From: Macrostomum lignano
Lineage: Eukaryota
Direction: 5' to 3'
Assembly (NCBI GenBank): GCA_002269645.1
Contig: NIVC01000202.1
Span: 434,001 to 498,000 of the forward strand
DNA: 64,000 nt
Below are positions 1 to 12,443 of this stretch, piece by piece (within the stretch, counting starts at the first letter, position 1; the number at the start of each line of letters is the position of its first letter). A program made the translations under genes and the position numbers. Under the pieces are notes generated by a model. That model saw only the letters and a program-made list of their open reading frames with translations. It ran no database searches and was not told the DNA's origin.

Positions 1-229
1 TACCGAAAGAGAAGCATTCAAATTACACAATAATTGAGATAAATAGATAAAAAAGTGAAGTTACAAGCATTACGACAAAATTTTGCGTTTCGATTTCGTT
101 AAATATAATTTATCAAACAAATGCTAACGGTTAAAAATGTTAACATGATTAAAGCATTGATTTGAATATTTTACACTGCTGCACATCGGGAGCTGAGAGG
201 CAAAACCCATGTTGTACACATGTTGTACT

Positions 230-510
230 ACAAAAAGGAATAGGGAGATCTGGAAAGGTGCTACACAGAATCTGGGAGGCTGGAGTCAGACTCGACAGGT
301 GGGATCTAGAAAGGTGGAGACCACATCATTCGGGATCTGGGAAGGGGGAATCACACAAATAGGGATCTGGAAAGGGGAAAGCCTCAAAAAAGGGATTTGA
401 GAGGGGGAAAACCACACAAATAGGAATCTGGGTAGGGGAAAGCCTCAGAAAAAAGGGATTTGAGAAGGGGAAACCACACAACTAGGGATCTGGGAAGGGG
501 AAACCACACG
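230..510. repeat. Imperfect ~60-bp purine-rich tandem repeat
   Basis: Recurring GGGATCTGG(G)AAGGGGAAA...CCACACAAATA units. Confidence 0.7.
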
Positions 511-588
511 TAAGAAACTCGCATGGGATTAGCACCAAGCACGCCCAGAACTATTTCAGATATAGTCAGTAGATCATCATCAGAGCGG

Positions 589-2051
589 CTAAATTCCGTG
601 ATTGCACAGCTGGCAGACCAGCAGCAAGTCCTCCCTAGACAGTGTAATCCGACTCCTGTGCTGGCATAGCCTGTAGGCATCGCTCAAGACCTGTACAACA
701 TAGGCTTCGGCGGCCGTCTGCAGACAGCAAATCGCCAACGCTTGCCAAGTGTCGCCAACGCCCGGCGATACAACCAGCTGACCATTGTGCTTCAAATAGG
801 CCGTGATCTCTTTCACTAGGCGCATAAATGGCAGCTTTCTAATTAGCAGATCAGTTGAAGATTGGAAGTAGCGAATCTGACGCTCCACGTGCTGACGCTT
901 GCGACGATGCTGCTGCTGCGGCTGCTTGGTGTGGGGAGGGTTTCGATTGACGTGAGCTAGCGACAAAAGTGCAGAATGAACTATTGTAGTGGGATTCAAC
1001 TGAACGGACTTGAGCTACATTAAATAGCCATGCTTAAAACATAATAATAATAATAACAATAACTGATGACACCTTGCCTTAATGGCCAGATGTGCAACCG
1101 ACAGCTCAGCCGCAGCTTTTGCGCGGCGTATCTGAAGGCTGCGTACGGCTGTTTAGTCCAAGGACTGGGGGGTCGCCACACACCCTCAATTACCCCAGCT
1201 AATGCTGGCACCCATTTTACAGCTGGGTGAACTGAAGCAATGCAGAGTTAAGTGTCTTGCTCAAGGACACAAATTGTTCCGAGTGGGTCGAAAATCGAAC
1301 CCCCGGCCTTTCAGGCGTGAGTCTGACGCTCTGACCACTAGGCTACAACCCCAACCCCTTAAACCTAAATAGTCCTCCTTTAGCCTAAACGGTCTTCGCA
1401 AACCTAGATAGTTCTCTTAAAACGTATCAGGTACGTTTTAAAAAACGTAAAAGGTAAAAAAGTGTTATGAGAAGCAAAGGGCGCACGCACCTTTCTAGCA
1501 AGCTGCTGACTCTTGCTACCACTAGGCGCTGCCGCAGTTGTCGACTTCTTCGAATGAGACGCAGAAGCAGGAGGATGAGAAGGCCTCCTGGCGGCTCTGG
1601 CTGGCTCATTTTCAGCATTATCGGCAGGCGCTGCAGCCGACAGCGAGTCATCCGAATCCACATCGTTTTCACCAGCCACAGCGGCAGGAGGCTCAGGCGA
1701 GGCGGACACGCGAGGCCTCACAACAGCAGGAGCAGCTGATCGCCTGTACGACTGACGAGCGCCGGATGAAGCGGGCGTTGCTGAAGCTTCAACCCGACGG
1801 GCTACAGGAGACGGGGCAGCAGCGGCAGCAGCGGTAGCCGGCCGATTCCTAACCGCGGCGCGGCCAATTAGGGCTGCAGCAGGTGTGCTAGATAATGGCG
1901 GAGCGAATTGAGCCGGCAGTTGGGCCGGGTCGCGGCTAGCGTTGGCTTTGTCGCCTCCGCCGCTAGTGACAACTACATTAGTTGATTTAGCGTTCAGTGG
2001 TTGCTTCTTGGTAGCTGCTGCTGCCGCTGCTTGAGACTTTTGCCGCCGCAT
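589..2051 (-). CDS. CENPA: Centromeric histone H3 variant (CenH3/CENP-A-like), probably 2 exons
   Basis: The 3' exon (acceptor ttttgtcgctag at 957, exon 956-589) encodes a histone H3 fold: RQIRYFQSSTDLLIRKLPFMRLVKEI...WQALAICCLQTAAEAYVVQVLSDAYRLCQHRSRITLSREDLLL. It has the CenH3 hallmarks Q68->M, F84->W, T107->A (DAY) and about 10 extra loop-1 residues. The upstream ATG-initiated A/S/P/R-rich ORF (from 2051) is the likely N-tail exon. The in-phase donor would be at 1487 (gtgcgc); the stronger-looking donor at 1491 is out of phase, so the join is unresolved. Confidence 0.7.
1084..1352 (-). mobile_element. tRNA-derived CORE-type SINE (copy A), in the CenH3 intron
   Basis: The minus strand reads GGGGTTGTAGCCTAGTGGTCAGAGCG (A box)...GGTTCGATT (B box), then GTGTCCTTGAGCAAGACACTTAACTCT...CAGTTCACCCAGCTGTAAAATGGG, which resembles the MIR CORE. 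Three other copies occur in the window. Confidence 0.8.
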
Positions 2052-2139
2052 AATAGCTTTTATGTTATTTTTGTCAGGTTTGCAGGCTTACAGCATCAAG
2101 ATAAGATGGGTTTGACTTAATAAGGAAGTGGAAAATTAA

Positions 2140-3400
2140 GGACTAAGTGACTAAGTGACTAAGTGACCAAGGATGTGAGGACTTGTGGCGTCGTGCGACC
2201 AGACGCCAGAAGATGGCCCAAGTGCTTAGCAGCCAGAAAGTACCTCTGGTTTAAGTACCAGGAATGGAGGAGGCCTTTAACAAGGTGATCATCGACATTA
2301 GTGAGTCATACTCGAAGACAACAGGCGTACATATTGTCTGTAATTGACTCAGCGACTCGGTTTTCCCGCTCCAAAAAGATCAATGCAGTCTGTGGCCAAA
2401 GCAGCGATCGACTGCTTCACAAGGACTGGCTTCTCAAAAGAGATTCAAAGTGTCAGACACCAACTTCTGGTCCACGATGCTGCAGGCCTTGTACTGATGA
2501 ATTGGAATCGGCACTATACCATCCATCAAGCTAGTAGAACGATTCCAAGGCACACTGAAGACCATGCTGAGAAGGCTGTTGGCACGCAAAAAGAAGTGAT
2601 ACCAGTATCCGCCATATCCACTGTTTGCTATCAGGGAGGTGCCATAAGAACAGCCAGGCAGTTCAAGGACCATTCAATCTGCTGCGTCAGGCCTGGGACA
2701 GACAGTAATAAGTAAGTTACTCACCAAGGTCACCAAGGAGGTCATCAAAAGGACATCATCTCCTTTGTCCTGGCACAGAGAGATTGACTGCATGCAAGAC
2801 TAGACGCAGCAAGCAGGTGGAATGGAAGCACCAGAAACTCTGGTATGACTGGAGATTGTAGGAACAAGAATTGTTGTCTGGCAATCACGTGCTACTGTTA
2901 CTGTCATCATTGTCCAAGAATCTGCATGCCAAATGGCAAGGTCTGTACCAATTGCTAGCAAAGTGCACCAATGGGGTCCAATGTGAACTATTGGATTCAA
3001 ATAGGAAATAGAATTTATGAACATTTTCTATATAAACTTGCTCAAAAAATACAAGCCACAAGAGGCATTCCTGGTGCAGGTGTCAGTGTACTTGCAGGAT
3101 ATTGAGCCAAAGATATCGAACACCTCGATGAGAAATCGACTCAAGCCAACTCAAGCATGTCATAAAGGACTTCATGGGTGTCTTTAGCAAAACCCCTAGC
3201 TGGACCAACCTAGTCTAAACACTTCCAACCAAGTAGTTAAAGATTTGGCAATCCAAGGTATAACAGATAAGTCCTCTAAAATGAAATTCACTGAATGCTA
3301 TCCAGCTTGGAGCAACTAAGATGCCTAACAGTGACTATTGCTTGCAAGTGTACCTATTGGCTAGGGATAGCATGTGCCAATTTTAATCAAATTCAAAATA
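2140..3400 (+). mobile_element. Decayed Gypsy/Ty3 integrase remnant
   Basis: Broken frames give YILSVIDSATRF, YHPSS and a TPF/ELxxG-like region typical of retroviral-type integrases, with many stops and frameshifts. Confidence 0.65.
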
Positions 3401-3573
3401 CTGAATAACAAAAACATAGCATTGATGCTTGGGAGTGCCTATGGCCAAAAGGGCTAAGTTGGTTTTGTTAGAAGGAAACAATAGTTTTTGTTATCCAAGT
3501 TAATAGTTTAGCTAACCCAGCTGTAAATTTCCATTTGGCAATAGTAGATTTTGCCTTGTCTATAGACATAGAC

Positions 3574-3913
3574 CAGGGGTAGGCAAACTTTTTTATCTTA
3601 AGGGCCAGATAGAGAACCTAGAGCATGACTGCAGGCCAGATGAGGGGAGAGAAGAGAGAGGAAAGAGGAGAGAGGAGAGAAGAGAGGAGAGAGGAGAGAA
3701 CAAAGAGGAGATAAGAAAAGAGAAAAAAGAGGTGAGGAGAAAAGGAAGAGAAGAGAAGAGAGAGGAAAAGAAGAGATTAGAGAGAGGAGTGCTTAGAAGA
3801 AATACAGACATTGAGCAGGCCAGATTGCTGTTGTGAAGTTTCAAAGGATCCCAAGGGCCAAATAGGCTTTGCAGGCTATATGTGGCCTATTGGCCAGAGT
3901 TTGCCAACCCTTG
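3574..3913. mobile_element. hAT-type MITE with internal AG-rich tract (CpG-decayed copy)
   Basis: Ends are CAGGGGTAGGCAAAC ... GTTTGCCAACCCTTG, with a degenerate 8-bp flank (ACATAGAC/ATATAGAT). It is homologous to the copy at 53831-54077. Confidence 0.7.
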
Positions 3914-5289
3914 ATATAGATAGATAACCATTGATAAAAGATAACCAAGTTGATCATTTGGCCTGTTGGCCATAGATATTAGCACAAAGAAATATATATA
4001 TGGTAACTAGCAACATTTTATAAATATCATGCTTTAATATCAACTTCCATATAATACAGATCAGAATTATAAATTTGCTTAAATTTCATCTATTTGTCTA
4101 TTATTGTTTCTTTATTTTATTTTAAACTTATAAGTTTTTCTCTATACATTTTTCTTTAAGCATGATATATGATATTGCAAAGTTAAAACTTAGAAAATTT
4201 TTAAAATCCTATTTTTATACAAACTTGCCTTTTGCATATATATTGACAAGTCATAGGATCCCTTTTGAAGTCCCTATCTATAGATCTATTAGAAGATAAG
4301 ATTATTCAATTGGCAAATTAACTAGAAAATGTTTAGTAGCCCATATCTAAAAACTTAAAGCACTTAATTATACAACTTGATGGAATTAAAGGAATTGGCA
4401 ACCTAATATCTTTTTCTTTTCTCTTTACTCTTTTTTTCACCTTTTTTTACCTTTTCATCTATTGTCTACTTCATTTTTTCTTTCTTTATCTTATTCTTAG
4501 CAATTAATTATTTTTAAAAAATTGACAAAAGCCTATGAGACATATAAGAACTTTTACTAAAAACATAAAGCTGCAAAAATACAATAGTTTGCACAATAGG
4601 CTATTTATAGGGGCCTAGTCTTTCAAAAATATCTATCTTATCTTCCTTGATTAGGGTGACTTTATTTAACACTTTGATGTTTATATTTAGGTCTTAAATA
4701 AAGGGCCTTGGTATTTTTTCAAAAATAATGTTTTAACTTTTTTTAAATTAATAAATAAAAGCAAAAATATGCTATGTCTATAGATAGCACTAATGGTTAA
4801 GCCTATGTAGCAGCCATTCTTAAATTGAATGCAAGTTTTCTTTAATTAGCATGCAAAAAGCTATGCCTAAGCCTATACTAGATTCTAGAGTTAGCAATCT
4901 TTTGGTTTCCTGCTCTAAATTATTTAAACCCCTTTTTGAACTTTACAGCTACTGCTAGTATGGCTGGCCAACTTCCAGTGCCACAATCTATTGTCTTTGC
5001 TATTGAAGTCATCAACAGCATTATACTATGTGACCTTGATATGAATCATTGAGGATTGGTTGCGCTAGTACCCAATGTTAACAAAGAAAAATGTGATAGA
5101 TGGCGAGGTACCACCTGCTTGCTAATAACAGGACTTGCGAGAGACATGTGGCATTGCTTTGTCCTGTAGGATTTTTATGTGGTGCCAAGCTTCTCCCATC
5201 AGCATTTTGGCAATATCCTCTATTGGAGATATATATATATGTAGCAACGCAGAGAGTAGCACAGAAAAAAGAGATCTAGCTAGACTTTG

Positions 5290-6495
5290 CGCAGACATGT
5301 TTGCAGAACAACCAAGAGGGCAAGTCATAGCGGACTGGGGGCTGAGCCCAATGGCCTGCAAGTCAGTCAGAGATGTATCATTTAATGTCATAGTTTGGCC
5401 TTGGCCACGACGCAGGCACTTAGTGGGCTAATATAGGAGAGCTAGCACCAGAGGATTTTGCTTGCCCTGGCCATGGCTTCTTAGGCAGCAGCCAAATAAC
5501 ATCTGACGGCGTTTACAGATAGTGCAGCTGAGCGCAGGAACACTAGTGCAAGTCATCAGGTCCCTGGTCAGAACACTATCAGGGTAGTGCATGCCCAGGG
5601 CATAGCAGAGCAGTGACCTGTAGTGGGCATCCAGGGCTTGCTGTTGCATTGCAGTCATTGGCATAGCCTCCATGCCATATAGGAGAATCGGCTCAATGGC
5701 AGTGCGAAAAAAGGCACATCTTTAGGTTGTCATGAGCTGTTGAATTGAAGATGCTCCTGAGCTAGGCCTGAGTCCTATCAGAAACAATGGTGTTGGGGCT
5801 CAAGACAAGGGAGCCAAGGTAGAGGAAATCCTTGCACACCTTGATGACTTCTCTATTTGGAAGAGCTAGCGCAGGGGTAGTTGCAGAGGCCATGTGGAGC
5901 ACCTCAGTCTTGGATGCATTGATCACCAAGCCAACTCGGGTACCCTTGTAGAGTCTAGACAGAGCCCATTGGGCAGCAGCCGGATCGTGACACAGAAGAG
6001 CAATGTTGTCAGCATAGGCTAGAGCAGGCAGCGAGATGGCAGGATATCGGGAGCTTCAGCGTGAGACCAGCACATAGCCATCATCTTCACGCAGGCATTG
6101 GTGAAGAACATAGTCTACTACAACAATGAAGAGTAGTGGAGCCAGCATGTTGCCCTGAAGGACGCCAGAAGTTGTGCTAAATTCTTCAGTGGGGCTGTCG
6201 CTTAACTGAACAAATGCTCTTAAAATGCTGTATAAGTCTATCACAGCAGCTACAAGTTTGGAAGGAATGTCATAGTAGGACAAAATCCACAGAAGTGCAA
6301 GTCTATCAACTGAGTTGAATGCTTTGCGGAAGTCAACAAAATCAATTAAGATAGAATGCTGATATGTCTTATAGGCTTCAATGATACAGCAGATGGTTGC
6401 AACCTGCTCAGTTGTAGACTTGCCTGGTCTGAAACCACTTTGCCAGCTGAGAAGCAGCGGATTCAGCCTAGGCAAGCGGTTGCATAGCACTGCAT
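5290..6495 (-). mobile_element. Decayed non-LTR (RTE-like LINE) reverse transcriptase, 5'-truncated
   Basis: ORF 6056-6490 has QSGFRPGKST, FVDFRKAFNSV and GVLQGNMLAPLLF RT motifs. The downstream frames (5428-5673) resemble a LINE ORF2 C-terminus. Confidence 0.8.
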
Positions 6496-7045
6496 TGTGG
6501 CATGTTTACTAGATAATATATTAGATAATACTGGATAATATACTCTACTATATAATATACTACTACCCTATGTAGAACTCTGTGAGCTTGTTGGATTCTG
6601 AAAAGTTCAAAAAGGGGTTTAATTAATTTAGAGTGGGTAACCAAAGGATTGCCCTTGGACACCCTATAGTCTACTATAGGCCTACATAGCATATAGGCAA
6701 TATAGACATAGGTTAGTGCACATAAATAGGCCTACATATTATTGTTTAGTAAAGAATCATACTGTAACTGAACTATATGACATCTAATTCTAAGGTAGGG
6801 CCTAGGCCAATAGATCATTGAATATACTATAGCCAGTAAGCCAGGCATAGCCTAGGCCCTAGCCTAGGTGAAAGACTTGGTCTTATAGGCAAGTAAAGTA
6901 TTTTATAAGACAGATAATGTGACTAATGAAAACAATATCAATCAATGAAAAGTAAGATGGTTCAGATTAGGCCTAACTAAACCCTAATAAAAAATAAGTT
7001 AGGCCTAGCCCTAATGAGGAAAAATGATTGATTAACTTCAATTTC

Positions 7046-7554
7046 TAGAGCTGTCACGAGATCTCGACGAGACAAGATTCGAGACAAGATCTCGACATTT
7101 TTTCTTGTCTCGAGAAATCTCAAATTTTGTCAAGAAATTCAAGATGAGATTCAAGAATTTTTCTGATACTTTTTTTCAAAAGCTTTTAAGTGATAAGATA
7201 TAAAAAGGGGAGCAAATTTTCATATAAATACAACTGTTTGTTGTAACACACTTGATAGGGCAATTTTCAAATGGTAAAATCTAGCCAATGTTGAGCAGTT
7301 ATTTAACAAAAATAGCAAAAAATTTAAACTAGAATTAAGAAAGTATTCTGGAAAATCTAAAAAATATATTTTAGAATTGTATCTTATCAAGAAATTTAAG
7401 ACAAGATAAAGCAAGATAAGAGCAAGACAAAATGCATTTCTGAAATATATTTTTTAGATTTACTTTGTCTTGTCTCGTCTCGAAATTCTCGACTTATAAG
7501 CCTTTCTCGTCTCGAATCTTGTCTCGAATAAAATCTCTAATTTTGACAGCTCTA
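7046..7554. mobile_element. hAT-like MITE with TIRs and subterminal repeats
   Basis: TIR TAGAGCTGTCA/TGACAGCTCTA, subterminal GAGACAAGATTCGAGAC repeats, and 8-bp flanks TCAATTTC/TCAGTATC (6/8 match). Confidence 0.75.
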
Positions 7555-10500
7555 TCAGTATCAATTTCCACAAAAACATGCCACAAATGAAAAGGCCTAT
7601 GTTCTTCGGACTTAAAAAATGATTTGCCAACCGAATCTTTCTGTTCCAGATCACAAGCAATTTTGACTGAAATAAGCTTTATTGTCACCGCTGTACTGGT
7701 TATAATTTTGAGGTATATTAGGTAAATGGCAATGTGAAGCATTGTCAAATCAACGGGTAATACATCGTTAACACGTGTTTTTTTGTATAAGCATACTTCT
7801 AGATGCATTGTTTTGTTTTAAGCTTTTCAAAGAAACTGAAATATCTTAAATTCTTTTGTTAAACCATAAACGAAACTACTTATATGCCTCTTGTTTTACT
7901 TCCTTTCATGCGCGCTATTATAAAAAAATCTTTCGCGAAAATGTCGTCACTTGTAGCAAAAACAGTAAATTACTTATTAATACTTCAAATTATCAAATTA
8001 TCCATCCAATTAAGTCAAACTTCGTGTGATCACGAACAACTTTTATATCAATTTTGATTTCTTTTTAAATTTTTACATTCATTGTATTGTAAGGATTTTA
8101 ATTTCTAATATTATAGAAATTTTATTACAGAATTTAATTTCTTATATTATCTAATATAATATTTAGATTTTTAGATTTTAATTTGGACATTTGTACATTA
8201 TATATGGTTTAATTCTATAATACAATTTTTAATTAAAAATGAAATCAAAAGATTTTTTGTATATTATAAAATAAAGTAGGCCTATTTTAGACTTTAGTAT
8301 TTAATCTAATAATTATATAATATAAACTAGGCCTAGGCCCTAGCTATCATTGTCTTAACATCAAGAAGGCCTGGGTATAGCCTTTGAAATTTAAATAACT
8401 TTAGCCAATTGGTTTTTACTGATGCCAAATCAATGCTAAAATGAACTATAGTTAATATACTCATACTTAGGTGCAACCTTGGGATTCACTTGGCTGTTTC
8501 TATTGGCAACCCACACATGTAAGTCACTATTAGACAGAATAGTAGTCACGTGACTGTCTTAGCAAATAGCAACTTACATGTACATGTGTTGCCAATAGAA
8601 ATGACCAGGTGATTCCTAAAGTTGCACATATATGGATATACTGCTATATATAACAAACTCAGCAAATGACATGGCTATCCTGCAGAATTGTTTGTTACAC
8701 TTACTCATTACTATATACATTTTTTATCTATGAAGTGTTTTGGCATTAAAATTCAGTTGTGGGGGTTGCAACTGTCGGTACATGACCAAGATGGCCACAC
8801 ACCAAGATGGCCACAGCTTTAAGTGTCTAAATAGATAATAATAAGCCTAGGTCTATATATTTCACTTATTTCCTATTGGTAATAATTAGAGAAATAGATA
8901 CTAAAAGATGCTATATTGGAATTGTATTATATTAGGCCCTTATATTATAGTCATTCTTTTGGCTTTAGCTTTTATTATAGCTTGACTTATATATATTTAT
9001 TCACTATATCAAGCAAGTAGTCTAACACAAAATAAATACCTTGCCTTGTATATTTATCTTAATTTTTGTATAGCATTACTAGTAGCAATGGTTTCTCAAT
9101 AAACAGATATGATAGATTTGATAGATGTAATGATAAGGAATAAATTGGCATAAAAACTAAAAAAGATTATTTAGTTTCAAATCTATTATTGCATTAGTAT
9201 TTATAAATATGATTGATTAAACATAATAAAAATAACAATAGCTACTATGTTACTAATTAATGATAAAAAGAGAGGAAAGCCAAAGAGACTCAATGTTGTG
9301 GCCATCTTGGTCTTATACCCAACTGTCAAAAGTGTGATTGCTCTCACTGAAATTATCCTACCGCTGAGTCACCAAAGTTGTGCTAGGGGTAAACTTCTAT
9401 CCCTATAAATAATTCCACAGCTGTCACTAAAGTTGTCAAAGGGCTTAACTTTTGTCTATATATTAAATGTTTTAATGTTGGTAGCTGCTATTTAGCCCTT
9501 ATAAGTATTGTTTTCCTGTTATTCCAGTAGCGTTTACTATTATTCTGGTAGCGTTTATTGTTATTTTGGACTGAGTGGTATATTGGCTTACTGGTATGTA
9601 TATTGCATATACTTCTAATCCTGGGCGTTACTGAGATCAGAGGATCATAGTCTCTGGTTATTCTTATATGTATCAATTTAGGATCTACTTTGTATTCTCT
9701 TACTACTTCCACTTCTCAGTAGTATATACTGTATGTGTTCTCTGCCACTTCACTTCTCTTCTGCAAATGAATAACTTGGAAAACAATCTTCAATAATGTT
9801 TACTTGGAACTCTTACTATCCACTATTAACTGTCTTGTTATCAAACTGCAATGCGCAAGGTTGGTCTCTCCTCCACTGAAAATGCTTCTATTTATACTTT
9901 AATTTTTATTGCTAGTTTAAACAAATATTAGTTTGCATAAAATATTATAAAAAATATGTGTATTATAACAATTGTGTTTTCCTAGATTTGGCACGCATTC
10001 AAAATAAGTTATATGATTATCAATTTTATAAAAGAATCAGGAAGGCCCTGCACACAACTTAACTTTTATTGCAATTTCCAGGTTTTTCAAAATTTTAGTA
10101 TGCAATTTTGAATTTATGTGCTGATGTCATTGGCAAATAAATGTCTTTGAATTCTGATACAAAGTCTAGGGCTTTAAAGAGAGAGGGTTTTGTTTAAAAT
10201 TTTTTGCTAAGCTACAAATATTGCAAATAAAGTGCTTTCTACTTAAAAATGACTAGTGGTCAACTTTCTTCCCTAACATGGATTGTGCCACTAAGAGGTT
10301 TGCCCAGCCCTTGAACTAACAAATATTTTAATGCCAAAACACTTCTAAAATTTTGGCAAAATTTAAGATATAGCTGATTATCTAAGTTTGTTATAATTAT
10401 ATTTATATTAAATACCATTGTATTCAATGCTATTGAAAAATATCTATATCTTTTGTTTAAAATAACTACATATAATATTTATTGAATTTTTCCTTTAGTA

Positions 10501-11153
10501 TGCCCTAAATAGATAATACTAAGCAATTGCATAATTATTTCCCATTTCATTGCTGCCTAATATTTGTAAAGCTATTATTAGCTATATTTAAATGTTTTTA
10601 GCCTAGGTAATTACTTCTTTATGTGTATATAAATGAAATTAGACCAAATTTGACCTGCCCTTTTTGTCATGATTTAAAGCACTAGCAGATCAAAAATCTT
10701 GTTGCATACTAGGCATTTTACTAAGTTTATTTCTAACATTGAAGCAGGAAATAGATGAATTGACCAAGAAAAAGTTTTTATTTCTAATTTCAAATTTCAA
10801 ATAATTTTTTTATAGAAATGCTTGTAAAACTTAAAACAAAATCTTTATTTGCTTGCAATAAAAATTAAGGAAATAATTGTATACAACCAGGTATCCCTAT
10901 GCTTTAGGTCTACAAGAGCCGTGACTCTTGAAGCTTTTAATACTTAGGCAAAATAGAAACAAAATATTGTATAGAATTGAGATTTTTACTCTTATAACAC
11001 ATGGAGCTTGGTTGGTATTAACTTGTTGAATTAGAAAATGAATACTCTAAACCAATAGAAATTAGCTGTGGTAAGATTCTAGTTTCTTAGTAAAAACTGT
11101 TTAGTTTAACTGGAAGGCATGGCAGTCTTTTTACTTTAAATTAAATCCCATGC

Positions 11154-12443
11154 ATGGCCATGTCCTCCACTGGTGTTCTGTTTGCGCCACCCAACTATTT
11201 TCGCGCCCAGCGCGTTGAAATTGCTGCCGCCTACTCTGGCTTTAAACTGACCAAGGCCAAGTATGAGCCAGGCAAAACCGATAGCACCCTGGTCAAGAAG
11301 GGCTTCCCAGCTGGCTGCCTGCCAGCTTTCGAGTCTGGCAAGGAACAACTATTCGAAGCCAACGCCATTGCCCAGTTTGTTGCCAACGAGCAACTGCGAG
11401 GCGGCTCTGGCAATTCGGCCAACGTTGCCCAGTTCGCCAACTGGAGCGACGCCACCTTCGTGCCGCCCATGACCGCCTGGGTGCTGCCCTGCCTTGGTGT
11501 TACCAGGCCCGACGCTGGCCAGATCGAGGCCGCCAAGGCCCAGGTAGCAGCCGGTTTGAAGTTTCTGGACTCTTATCTGGCCACTCGAACCTACCTGGTT
11601 GGCGAGCGAATCACCCTCGCCGATGTGGCTGTAGCCTGCGATCTGTTGCCGCTGTTCCAGCACGCCATGGGCCCAGAGCAGCGCCGGCCATACGCCAACG
11701 TCTCTCGCTGGTTTAACACCCTGGTTAACCAGCCGGAATTCAAGCGAATCCTAGGCGAGGTGAAGCTGGCCGATAAAGCTGGCGAATTCAGCCAGGCTCG
11801 CTACGATCAGCTGCGGCAACAGTCGGGCGGCAAGAAAGACGACAAGAAGCAGGCTAAGAAGGAAGAGCCGAAGAAGAAGGAAGCGGCGCCTAAGAAGGAG
11901 GAGCCAAAGAAGGAGGCTACAGCTACCGCTGCCGACGAGAGTGAGAAGAAGAAGGAGGATAAAGATCCTTTTGCCAAGCTCCCAGTCGGCACCTTCAACA
12001 TGGACGAGTTCAAGCGCGTGTACTCCAACCAGGACATTAAGACCGTTGCCATACCATACTTCTGGCAGAACTTCGATCCCGAGCACTACAGTCTGTGGTA
12101 CTGCGAATATCTCTATCCGGAAGACCTGCGCCTCCTATTCATGTCCAGCAATCTGATTGGCGGCATGTTCCAGCGCCTGGAAAGGATGCACAAGCACGCG
12201 TTCGGTTCCATGGTTGTGTTTGGCGAGAATAACAAGAGCACAATTAGTGGTCTCTGGTTCTGGCGCGGCCAGGGTCTGGCTTTTGAGCTTAGCGAAGATC
12301 TACAGGTGGATTATGAGAGCTACTCGTGGCGCAAGCTGGATCCTAAATCCGATGAGGCTAAGAAATTGGTTGAGGCCTACTTCCTGCATGATGAGGGCGA
12401 CTTCGGTGACAAGAAGTTTGCTAGGGGCAAGATCTTCAAATAA
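11154..12443 (+). CDS. EEF1G: Elongation factor 1-gamma (eEF1B-gamma), intronless, 429 aa
   Basis: GST-like N-terminal domain (LFEANAIAQFVANEQLRG, TYLVGERITLADVAVAC), K/E-rich linker, and EF1G C-terminal domain (FNMDEFKRVYSN, FWQNFDPEHYSLWYCEY, NLIGGMFQRL, ISGLWFWRGQGLAFELSEDLQVDYESY). AATAAA at 12557-12562. The start could be the second Met (11160). Confidence 0.96.
   Translation: MAMSSTGVLFAPPNYFRAQRVEIAAAYSGFKLTKAKYEPGKTDSTLVKKGFPAGCLPAFESGKEQLFEANAIAQFVANEQLRGGSGNSANVAQFANWSDATFVPPMTAWVLPCLGVTRPDAGQIEAAKAQVAAGLKFLDSYLATRTYLVGERITLADVAVACDLLPLFQHAMGPEQRRPYANVSRWFNTLVNQPEFKRILGEVKLADKAGEFSQARYDQLRQQSGGKKDDKKQAKKEEPKKKEAAPKKEEPKKEATATAADESEKKKEDKDPFAKLPVGTFNMDEFKRVYSNQDIKTVAIPYFWQNFDPEHYSLWYCEYLYPEDLRLLFMSSNLIGGMFQRLERMHKHAFGSMVVFGENNKSTISGLWFWRGQGLAFELSEDLQVDYESYSWRKLDPKSDEAKKLVEAYFLHDEGDFGDKKFARGKIFK

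Noticed and set aside
589-999. Canonical histone H3 starting at the ORF-track start 999
   Set aside because: That start is a TTG inside what looks like intron sequence before a good acceptor at 957, and the fold lacks canonical H3 residues and tail.
1491-1491. AAG|gtgcgt as the CenH3 exon-1 donor
   Set aside because: It is phase 0 and does not match the phase-1 acceptor at 957 unless an unseen microexon intervenes. Left unresolved.
11136-12156. Overlapping and antisense ORFs within eEF1-gamma, and similarly within GPCR exons and gag
   Set aside because: They are shadow frames of GC3-rich coding sequence with no recognisable motifs.
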